Assembly (NCBI GenBank): GCA_977862235.1
Contig: OZ374557.1
Coordinates: 1,364,001-1,428,000 of the forward strand
Reading direction: 5' to 3'
Source of the DNA: Dudresnaya verticillata
Taxonomy: Eukaryota
DNA length: 64,000 nucleotides
The translations under genes and the position numbers were made by a program. Below are positions 24,764-35,200 of this stretch, piece after piece. The notes beneath the pieces are model-generated. The model had not been told where the DNA came from. It worked only from the letters and a program-made list of their open reading frames with translations, and did not search any database. Each line of letters starts with the position of its first letter. The stretch's first letter is position 1.

Positions 24764-26085
24764 TTACGGAATTGGGTCTTCAGCAGCAGGCTCTTCTATG
24801 TCGTCTTCCTCGACCTCAATGGCAATGTATGACATCGGGTCGAACTCCTGGTCAGAGTTGTCGTCATCCTCGGAAAAGTCATTGATGTCGTCGGCACCTC
24901 CCTCGTCAGCACCAACTTCTTCGATTTCATCCTCACTGAGGGGCGCATTACTGCCATGACCTCCTCCTTGGCTTCCCACGTTGTCGCACCCCCTACGCAC
25001 ACCATCACCAGATCCGGGGGGTCCGGTTTTGTCGCCCTCCCCATGGGCAGTGCACTGCACTGGGCAGTGCACTGCCCATGGGGAGGGCGACAACACCGCA
25101 TGCGGTCTTCGTCCGGCTCGAGTTGTTCCCCGATGCCAGACTCGCGAATGCCCTCTCCGTTTGGCGGCCCGACCTGTTCGTCGAGGCCAGAGTCGGGCGA
25201 CGCCAAGATTGAACTTCGAACACGTTGCACTTGTTCGAACCTCTCCCGTGCCTGCCTATCTTTCTCAGCCCTCTCCCTCTCCCAAGTCCCCCGGTCTAAC
25301 CGCGCCTCTCTTTCCCTTTCCTGGGCAACCCTCTCTCTTTCCAATCGCGCAGCCCCTTCTCTTTCTAAGCGCGCCGCCTCCCGCTCAGCAGTCTCGCGTT
25401 CCACGCGCACAATCTCCCGTTCCAAACGTGCCGCCTCCCTCCGAGCCCTTTCCTCCTCAGCCTCCCTACGAGCCCTTTCCTCCTCAGCCTCCCTACGAGC
25501 CCTTTCCTCCTCGGCTCTCTGCTTCTCAGCCCTCTCCCCTTCCAACCGCTGTGCCCTCTCCCGTTCCAACTTCTCTTCTTGCTCGCGTTATCGCTTCTCC
25601 TGCTCCTCCTCTTCCTGTCGTTGCTTGTCCTCCTCCTCCCGCCATCGCAGCTCTTTCTCTTCCTGTACCCGCTCTTGCCCCTCCCGCCGCCTCTCCTTCT
25701 CCTGCTCACACTTTTCCTGCTCCTCGCGCTCCATTCGATCGAGATCAAGCTCTCGTGGGGAGGAGGTCTTGCCAAAGACGATGAAACCCGGCAGTACAAC
25801 CTCACCATCCTTCTCCTCAGTGACCTCCATGTACCGTATTTCGTTCTCTGCCTGTTTCATTGCACGAGTGAGAACCTTCATGCAACGGTCAGTAGAGCGT
25901 GGCTGAACGGCGTGCACCTTGTCTGGGTGAACGAGAACGGCCAGGCGACGGTAGGTCTTCTTCATTTCGCGCAGGGTGGCCTTGCGTGGTGACGGACAGA
26001 ACACGTCGAGGAGGCTTGTGGCACCCTCTTCGACGGTTGCGAGATGTCGAATCGCCTGTGGTGTGGTTTGAGGCATGACCCGCAT
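24764..26085 (-). pseudogene. J-domain (DnaJ-type) plus E/R coiled coil plus acidic linker, upstream of the MULE transposase
   Basis: ATLREMKKTYRRLAVLVHPDK...MKVLTRA. ORFs 25588-26085 and 24796-25569 share a frame across one TAA. The acidic ORF ending at 24764 is in frame with the transposase DBD ORF. Confidence 0.75.
25029..25093. repeat. Perfect inverted repeat with 30-bp arms and a 5-nt spacer
   Basis: ttgtcgccctccccatgggcagtgcactgc-actgg-gcagtgcactgcccatggggagggcgacaa. Confidence 0.95.
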
Positions 26086-26607
26086 TTCGAATGTTTGCGC
26101 GCGGCCGGCGGGAAGTTGCGCGCGGCCTGTGGCAGGAGGTGCGCGACGGAGAGGGTGACAGTGTCCACTCGAGGGTGAACCGGTTGACTCAGGCGTAGGA
26201 CGACGGGATGCTGGTTAAGGGGGCGACGGAGCGAGATTTTTTTGGGTGGAAGATGTGCAAATACGAGCCGCGAGCAGTGGTTCGAGGAGTTGCCGCCCCT
26301 GCCTTCCGTTTCCCTGGGCTACTGCACAACATGCACTGATGCACCGGTGACGAGCTTCATTTTTGATGTTTTAGTGGGGTGAACTTAATCTTGTTTGGGG
26401 CGACATGTCAAATTCTTGAACCAGGTGGGGGGCGACATTTCAGATTTCACCCCCTCCATGACGCACATTGTGATAATGTCGCCCTCCGGTTCCGACAACT
26501 GTTGCAAATTCAGGTCCCGGCTGCAACAACAAATGGGTTTTCACCCCCGTTTTCCCTCAAAATCGGACCCTGTCGCCCCCCTAAACCCAAAATCTCCCTT
26601 ACAAAAA

Positions 26608-26891
26608 ACAAGACCGTCCGGCAGGGCGCCGTACTAATTTGCGGAGCTCTTTTTGATTTTTTGGAGTGATTTTATTGGTAGATTAAGAGAAACTTCTAGA
26701 GACGTATCGAGTAGAGCAGTACATATAGAGGTGGAGTGGCCAAGGCCTGGGCCGCCCCGCCGCCCCTCGCCCCGCGCGCCCGCCGCCCCGCCCGCGCGCC
26801 CGCCGCCCCGCCTCCCGAACGCTGTGTGTGTATGTATGTGTGTGTGTGTGTGTGCGTCTGCGTGTGAGCGTGGTGTGTGTCACGCGGGGAG
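26608..26891. repeat. ~280-bp dispersed repeat, copy 1, with a (TG)n tract; possible non-autonomous Helitron/Helentron-type element
   Basis: Similar to 27537-27820 and partly to 28618-28687 (acaagaccg..gccgtactaatttg..gtagattaagagaaacttctagagac..cagtacatatag..aaggcctgggccg). Confidence 0.8.
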
Positions 26892-26950
26892 GTGGAAAGA
26901 GCGTATATTTGGGGGCCGCTGTGCTCACCTGCGTCGGTCGCCTGTGTGTG

Positions 26951-27097
26951 TTATGATAATCACTTATGATAATAACTTCTCATGGCAAGCCAATTCAGCT
27001 TGTTATGATCATATCATATCATATCATAACAAGTCACTTTGGCTTGTTATGATAAGTGATAAATGACAATTTGGCTTGCTATGATAAGTGAGATATG
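26951..27097. repeat. AT-rich foldback/direct repeat cluster
   Basis: cttgttatgat...atcataacaag inverted pair. ttggcttg(t/c)tatgataagtga occurs twice, with an inverted counterpart catggcaagccaa. Confidence 0.7.
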
Positions 27098-27536
27098 AAT
27101 AAGCTTACGGTGAGAACTTATAAACAGCCATTCAATACCCATTCTAAACTTATGGAGAGCGAATATGGATATTCAACCATTATGTGGAAAAATGTTTTGG
27201 AGCAATGATCTATGTGGCGTACTACATGTCCAACACAGATAAATTGGGGAAGGTTCATGATTTGTTTCGAAAAGTGCGTAGGGTTGCTCCGAGTAGCAAT
27301 TCTTCAGCCAAAATGAGAAAAATACTCCTTGCGGTAGAATCATTTTGTCCATTCGAAGCACCTGAGGCGTCATCAAATCTTTTAGGATATCCTCATCGGT
27401 TTATGTCGTGGAAAGTGCTGAGAAGTAGATACAAGGCCATATATTTCACTTGATATATTACAACAAGAGTAATTGAACCTCGATGAGTACCAAGTATCAT
27501 TTTCTGGCGTTCTACAACAGTTCACTCACGGCAATG

Positions 27537-27820
27537 ACAAGACCGTGCGGCGGGCGCCGTACTAATTTGCAGAGCTCTTGATGGTTTTTTGGAGAGATTT
27601 TATTGGTAGATTAAGAGAAACTTCTAGAGACATATGGAGTAGAGCAGTACATATAGCGTTGGAGAGGCAAGGCCTGGGCCGTCCCGCCTCCCCTCCCCCT
27701 CGCCCCGCGCACGCGCCGCCCCGCTCGCGCGTCCCGCCCCCCGCCCCCCGTCTCCGGAGTGTGCCTGTTTGTGTGTGTGCAGTATACGTGGTATAACGAA
27801 GTCCACGGTGACGCGGGGAA
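27537..27820. repeat. ~280-bp dispersed repeat, copy 2
   Basis: Aligns by eye to 26608-26891. Confidence 0.8.
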
Positions 27821-28341
27821 GTCTCGCACTGTAAGAAATGGCCTTGGAGCCTAACGAATGACCTCGTAGCGTAACGTAGAAACGAAAAGGGGTGGTAGCG
27901 GAGCGACCAACACGAAGGAACACGGTGTCAACGTATTGGTGTGCAGAAGGGAGAACTCGAGCGATCGATCACCGGGGATGACTCCGGGTGCGCGGGGCTA
28001 TCGAAAGGGAGGCTCGACCGTATCCGCGGTCACGAAGACGAAGACACCGAACTCGAAGAAACAGGCGTTTACCGAAGACTCCGAGGTCCGGGCGCTAGTC
28101 GCTTACCGGAAACCCTCGGAGGTTGTGCCAGACGACTGGATAAGTAATACTACGTGAGCACGAATGCACGTCAACGCGGAAGACGGTTCGCACTCGAATG
28201 ATTCATAACGGCCTCGGTGCCAACGAACGGTCGACTCACGTATGGTGGCGGTTACGAACTGCGCCAGCGATGCATACGGAGGTGCGCGTGTCTCGTGGGC
28301 CCCGGTGCCGTTATGCGCGGGAACCAATGGGAAAGTCACGA

Positions 28342-28560
28342 AGGTGTCAGCGATTTCGTACCGGGTGCGCACTGTAATGCGTATGCCATTGTGGCGCGCG
28401 CGATCACGAAGTCGGCTCGGGATTCGTCCGGAGGTGTCAGCGATTTCGTATCACCTGCGTGCTATAATGCGAATGCCATCGTGGCGCGCGCACAGTATGC
28501 GCACTGTAATACGTTTGCCATCGTGGCGTGCGTATTCACGGAGTCATTTCGAAATTCGTA
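28342..28560. repeat. Degenerate tandem repeat (~90-bp period)
   Basis: aggtgtcagcgatttcgta at 28342 and 28432. A tgcca(t/c)..gtggcg module occurs three times. Confidence 0.7.
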
Positions 28561-28687
28561 TTTCTCGATTATTTTCACGTAGGCCACGGCGTCGTTTGAC
28601 GGATAGCGTCTATATCACAGTACATATAGCGTTGGAGCGGCCAAGGCCTGGGCCGCCGCCGCCGCCCTCTCCCTCGCTCCGCGTGTC

Positions 28688-29586
28688 TGTGGTGCAAGGG
28701 GAGGTGAGCCCTTTTTCGCTGAAGCGGGCAGACCAAATACGTCGACCGACGGAGAAACCGCCACCGGCGCTCACCACCGCCGTTGGCGCGCGAACACGTC
28801 ACCGACGGCTCACTGGGGCGCGCGCGCACACTGCGCGCCGCGCGCCACGCGGGCACTGTACGGTGATGGGCCGACGTGGCGCCCCGGGGCACTGTAATAC
28901 GGATCCAGATGGATCCGGATCCGGTATCCAGATTGGCTATCAGGATCGCCTAAGCTGTAAGATACGCGCCTGTAAGGCTGCGGGTATTCGCATTGTTGGC
29001 CCGATCCGGATGGGATCGGGATCGGACAAGTATCGGATTAGATCCAAGGCGCACGCTCTACAGTATGCGCGCGCGCATGGCTGTAAGGCACACGCGTCCA
29101 CGTGTGCGTGTAAGCACCCACACAGGGGGTTGTACGGCAATCTGTCAGGCGCGCGGCTGCATGCGATGGGTGATCTGTCAGACGCACCTCGGGACGACAC
29201 GTGTCCCGAGTTCCCGCGCTACGCACACGCACCGCCACCGCCGCACCGCCGTACTATACTTAGGTAACCCGTCCCAGACGTAGCAGTAAACGCCCGGGCA
29301 AGCCGGTCTTGGTCCAGACTTCCCCGTTCCGCACGCGCGTATCCTACCGCTGCCTACGGCTCAAACGTCTACCTCCCGTGCTTCCACGTCTATCATCGTC
29401 CTTGACGTGTTCCCTTTCTGTTTCCTTTTCCCTTCCCTTCCGCCTTGGGCGTTTACAGTCCGCCCAAGGCGTGTCCTTGCTCTACCAACAAGTCGCCCAC
29501 GGCGGGACTACTCACCGCCAAGGGCGCAGCTGCCCACCGAGCCCCGAACTGCTCGGTGGTCTATCGTCTCAGACGTTTGCACCACA
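28688..29586 (+). repeat. 5' LTR of element C (899 bp, TGTGGTGCAA...TTGCACCACA)
   Basis: Perfect 10-bp terminal inverted repeat. PBS starts 2 nt downstream. Interrupts the third copy of the dispersed repeat. Confidence 0.8.
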
Positions 29587-29588
29587 TC

Positions 29589-29607
29589 TGGTCTCCCGAC
29601 CTAGAAT
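29589..29607 (+). promoter_or_regulatory. Primer-binding site of element C (probably tRNA-Tyr)
   Basis: TGGTCTCCCGACCTAGAAT. The identical 19-mer is at the LTR of element B (63294-63312, minus). Confidence 0.8.
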
Positions 29608-29713
29608 TTTGCTACGTTTCAACGAGTTGCTCCGTCGTGCGACGTCCGACTCTACGTTTTCAGACGTTTGTCGCTAATCGTCCACGACGTTCAAGCAACT
29701 CTACGATTGTATC

Positions 29714-32278
29714 ATGGCCTCACGACCGCCGCCGTCGCGAGGCCCAAGTTCAAGAAGACCGTCTTCGACGCCTGGGAGTGTACCCGCGTCTGAACGGTCG
29801 CTACAGCGGATGACAACGAGGTCTGGGCGCCTCGTGAGCCCCGAGATCGCGTCGGCGTTCCCGACGCTACCCCGGGGCATGGCCACGCAGGCTCCCACGC
29901 GTCGCTCAACGGAGGAGAATTACCTCCCCCGCCGACGCGCAACCCCGTCGTCGTCCGCACCTCCGTCCCCGAGGGATCGGTCCTCCGCACCTACCGCTCC
30001 TACGTTGACTCGGCTGATACAGTACAAGCCGAGCAACAGGACGTCGTAGACGGAACACAAGCCGACATCGTCGAGAGACAACCGGAACTTCCGGATCAAC
30101 CAACCACCCCCGTCAACGACGATCAAGGGCACTCCGCGGAGCGCAATGTTGCTGACGATCCATTGACACACGGGGCATGTTGTCCCACTCCCCACGGCAG
30201 TGCCGGCTGTTCGCCGGCTAAGCCGAAGTCGCCAAGTCAAAGGGCGCAAGGGACGCCCGACCGGTCAAACCGCGAAAGCCAACCGCCAACGGCGTCACCC
30301 TCGGCCGTCCGCGTGAGTAACTTAACGATACCACGCGAACGGATCCGAGAGGTGTGCGTCTTGGAGGACGACGCGATGCTCGCTAGATTCGCCGGGTTGC
30401 TGGACGACAGTGTCGGAGGAATCGCAAGTCGTCTACAGACGTTGGAAGACGATCGGAACGGTGCCCTACAAGGGCTTTGATCCGACCTCGACCGTCTATT
30501 GACGAACCAAAACGCCCAAGGCGAGGGTACACAACCACCGCCGGCAGTAACGGTTCATTCGCGTTCGCATTCTGAGCGTAGCTCACGCGAACACTTTCAG
30601 CGACTTGCGACTCGCTTAGAGCGTCTCGAAACCGCCAAGTGGCGCAACGGTCCACCGTCGGGTGACGAGAGCTCATGCGAAGATCGTCACAGACGTAAGA
30701 ATCGGAAGAGATGCCGTCGTAAGCCGCGTCAGAGACGGAAGAAGAACCGTCATCGACGTGGGGACTCATCCTCGTCCTCTTCGGACTCATCAAGTGACGG
30801 AGAGTCGTCAGACTCTTCGTCTGAAGACGACGACTTCCCAACTCTCGGCAGTGCCGCAAGACCTCGCGGAAAGCGGTTCAAGGGGTTGAAGGAGCTACGC
30901 CCCTCCAACCCCCTTTTCAATCAGTTATTATCGTACAGGACGTACCGTCTCAAAGACGTAGGGCAAAAACGCTCCGGGCGCGATAGGGTAAGGTCAAGGA
31001 CCATATTAAGCGCTTGTAACTGACAATTAAGGACGCCACCTTCAACGGCAGCGACTCCGTCATGGTCCTCGAGTTCCTGACGCGTTATGCGGATGAAGCC
31101 GATACGCTGGAGATGAGCGAAGCCCAAGCGTTCGTCGCACTGCCGTACTTCTTGCGAGGTACGGCAGCCACGCGATTTCGCTCCGTCAAGTCGACGTCTT
31201 CTCGCCATCGCGGCGGAGTGTCCTCGTATCCGGAGGCGGTACAGTACCTCCTCCGTACTTATGCTACGCCAGCGGCGATCAGGGACGCTGTCCTCGCCCT
31301 ACGGTCGACTGCCCAGAAGCAAGGCGAGGACGAGACGATCTATGGGATGCGGCTGGCCGGTGCGTGTATTCGTTGCGGTAACGTATATCCCGACTGGGAA
31401 AAGATGACGCTGTACATCGACCGGTTAGACCCGTCGATCAGGTCCCTGGTCGCTCGCTTCCGAGAAGAAACGCCAAGGGCGCAGTTGTCATTTGAGCGGC
31501 TGGTCCACTTCGCACAGGGCGAAGGGGATGCTAACCGCGCACGACACGGCAGGGCCGGTTCCGCGTCAACGCGACGTGACCTAGTGACCCCAGCTCAAGC
31601 CGTACGCACATCGCGATCCGCCATCGGCGATGCCCGAGGTGTACTGCGTCCACAGACGAGAGGCGCAAAGCCTGGAGCGCGCGCATTGATAGTGGAGTCC
31701 TCCGTCGAGTTCCGAGACGTTAGCTGCCCTGTCGATTACATGGAAACACACGCCGAAGGCGATCTGTACTTGGAAGACGAGCAAGCGTCGGTGCCAACCT
31801 CGGCTCTACCGACGGACAGCTACGTCGACGACGAAGAAGCAAGGGATATGGACCCCGCTCTCGCCTTTGGGCGCTCGGTCGTACCCGCGCCACGCGTCCC
31901 TATTCCGAGTATGCTCCTCACGTTCACCGAGCAAGGCCCGGATGGCAGGACAGAGGTCCGCCCCGTCAAGACGCACGTCGGCAGCTGGTATGCCACCAAT
32001 GCTACGCCCGCGGACACATCGTGCCGGACTGCTTCCTCCGCATGAGCGACTTCATGAAGGTTATTACCAACTATGAAGGACTAACCGAGGCCGAGAAGAT
32101 TGGTTTCCCCGCTGATGCGTATGTACGTTGCAAGTAACGCGCGATCCGCGACGCTGCTCGCCGTGCTGCACGACCACAATCGCCACGAGGCGGACCCATG
32201 CCGCACGCGGCAGAACGTCATCCGACGATGATCAATCGCTATGTAGCGCCACAACCACCGCCGCAGGCGAAAAACTAA
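29714..32278 (+). pseudogene. gag: Element C gag, disrupted
   Basis: GLKELRPSNP..LLSYRTYRL and EAVQYLLRTYA are homologous to B gag. Knuckle CHQCYARGHIVPDC at ~31990. Ends GCG AAA AAC TAA. Confidence 0.85.
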
Positions 32279-35200
32279 CTCGGGCACCAAATCCTGACAC
32301 TGGGGTGTCGCACCGCGAAGATAGGCCTAGGCCTCGGGTGCTGAAAAGGAAGGAGGGCCCGAAGTTAGTTTCTGATGACGCCAGCAGGCGGATAGAGTCG
32401 TCACAGACGTCATTAAAACGCCCCTGGCGAAGGTACCAGCCCCCCAGGCGCGAAGGCAGTTGTTCTTAATGGCCAAGAGGAACTATAAGGTGTACGCCGA
32501 TTTGGGCGCAACCGTTAATACCTTGGCACGTAAACGCACTGTCCTCGACACGGGGGACGGTCCGAATTTCATTCGCATTGACGACATTCCGCTGGAAGCG
32601 CGATCGCGCATCGTGGCAAAGAGCCTCCCCGTCATAGCCGACGCCAACAATAAGGCGATCCAGACAAGAGTCACCGTCGACCTGGTCGTTCGTCTAGGAC
32701 GGAGAGTCGTCAAGTTGGAACTGATCGTTTGCGAACGACTCGCTGCGTCGGTACTCGGCGGCTGCGACTTTTGCGACCGCTTCGTCGAAGCAATATACCC
32801 GCTAAGTCGCGAGGTTGAATTCGATGACGGAACTCGTGTCCCTATAACGTGCCGCCCGCTGCGCCGACCTCCGTCGTATCATCCGTTGCCAACGGAACAG
32901 GAATACGGCAAGGCCGAAGGGAGGACGTCGCCCAAGATCCGAGTCGCCGAGCGCCCGATTATCCCGCCTAAGGCGCAGCAATGGGTATCGGTGACCACCG
33001 AGCGCGCCGGAATCATCACAATTCAACCGTTCGGAACGCTGTACGACAAACAAGGTCTGGCTGTTACGAACGGGATTGCTCAAGTGGAGCCGCTAAAAGT
33101 GTTTCGCATTCTGGTTGCCAACTTCTCTCCCCGCCCGCAGGCGCTGGCTAAGGGCCAAGTCGTCGCGACGGCGTTACCAAATCCGACAGCAGTGTTCCCC
33201 ATTCACGTAAGTCTAGCCGATGTTTTGGGCCTCACAGAGGAACAGGCCGAGGAAGAGAAGGCGAACCAAGATTTCCGTTTTCCAACGAACGATGATACTA
33301 CGGCACAGCCGGATACTTTCACGAAGTCTATCGAGGCAACCACAGCCAAGCCTCCGTCAGTAGACGATTTAGACCTGGGACATCTCCCCGCCGAGCATTA
33401 AGGCCGGGTTAAGGAGATGTTACGCAACTATTCGTCTATGTGGGACGGTTCGTTGGGAGAAATCTCAACCACGGAGCACTACATCGACTTGCTTCCCGGC
33501 TCTAGACCGATATCTTCCCCGCCCTACCGAGCGGGGCCGAAGCAAAGACAACTCGCTCAAGCGGAAGTGGACCGCATGCTGCGTCAAGGGGTTATCGAAC
33601 CCGCACAATCGCTGTGGGCGTCACCAGTGGTCTTCGCCCCCAAGAAGGACGGTACCCTCCGCTTTTGCGTAGACTACCGTCGTTTAAACGCAGTAACCGT
33701 ACGAGACACGTACCCGCTGCCGCGTATCGACGAATGCATCGACAGTCTAGGGGAAGCAGACGTGTTCACCACCATAGACTGTAACAGTGGGTACTGGCAA
33801 GTGCTGATCAATCCGCGAGACCGCGATAAGACTGCGTTCACGTGCCACGCCGGACTGTTCCGCTATAAGCGTATGCCATTCGGTCTCACGAACGCACCCG
33901 CTACGTTTCAACGAACGTTGGACATACTACTCGCTGGTTACAAGTTGCGTTCGTGCCTCGTCTACCTCGATGACGTAATAATCTTCTCCAGTGACATCGA
34001 CAGTCACTTCCGTCATGTTGACGAGATCCTTTCGACATTGCACCGTGCCGGGGTGGCTCTGAAGTTGACCAAGTGTGACTTCTTCACCTCGACCGTCAAC
34101 TACTTAGGACACGTCATACGTCCAGGACGGTTAGAAGTTGACCGAACTGTCACTGCTGCGCTACGCGAAGCCAAGCATCCACGGGATCAGAAGGAGCTAC
34201 GGAGTTTTCTCGGTCTTTGTAACGTCTACAGACGGTTCGTCTCGCGATACGCGCATGTCGCTGCCCCCTCAACAAGTTGCTGAGGAAGGAACAGGACTTT
34301 CGGTTACAACCGTTTGATGAGACACAAACCAAAGCGTTCAGTACGCTCGTCGAGGCCGTGACTCATCCACCTATACTGGCGCTACCACAGCAGGGTCTCC
34401 CCTATTCCGTCGATTATGACGCAAGCGAGTATCAAGTCGGCTGCGCTCTCTTTCAAACGCAGCCCGACGGGGAACGTAAGCCGCTCGGCTTCTGGTCCCG
34501 CTCGCTCACAGCTCCAGAGCGTAACTACTCGGTATCCAAAAAGGAGTGCCTCGCAGTAGTATGGTCCGTCATGAGGCTGCGACCTTACCTCCAGATGGAG
34601 TCGTTCAGAGTCCATACGGACCATTCGTCGCTGAGGTGGCTGATGTAAATTAGCGACCCCTCTGGACGGTTAATGCGGTGGTGTCTTCGCCTTTCCGAGT
34701 TCGACTTTGTCGTGAAGTACAAAAAGGGGTACCTGAATACTCAGAAAGATGCCCTTTCGCGCCTACAGATGAAGGGAGAAACCGTCGAGCCCATTGACGA
34801 TGATATACCGCGCTATCACGGAAGCTACGTCGAAGACGGCCATCAAACGTCACAAGACGATCTGTCAGACGCCGAAGGCGAGGTCGACTTCGCCGAACGA
34901 GAGTTCGAAGAGTTCGACCAAGTGTTGATGAACAACACGCCACCGGCGGATGAGGTACTCCTTCGTCAAGTGACGCATGAATAATTGGTACACGCCCAAG
35001 GCGATGACAAATACTGTAACGATGTCAGGAAACGTCTGGATGACGGGATCATCTTACCGTTCGCAACGGATGAACAGGGCCTGTTGGTCTGAACAGTGGA
35101 AGTCCGTCCGCAAGTGGTCGTACCCTCCGGGTTACGCGCTCGCTTACTCCACCTCCGGCACCACGCCAAGTTGGCAGGGCACCCAGCGGGGGTAAGTTGT

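Larger units (their letters stand above)
22344..26598 (-). mobile_element. Mutator-like DNA transposon (MULE) with imperfect TIRs
   Basis: Left tttagtggggcgacagggtcccattttgtgggaaaccgggggtgaaa (22358-22404) is the inverted counterpart of ~26539-26585. Transposase lies inside. Exact termini are approximate and no TSD is seen. Confidence 0.8.

Noticed and set aside
24956..25992. Long plus-strand S/R-, P- and L-rich ORFs
   Set aside because: These are antisense shadows of the E/R coiled-coil repeat.
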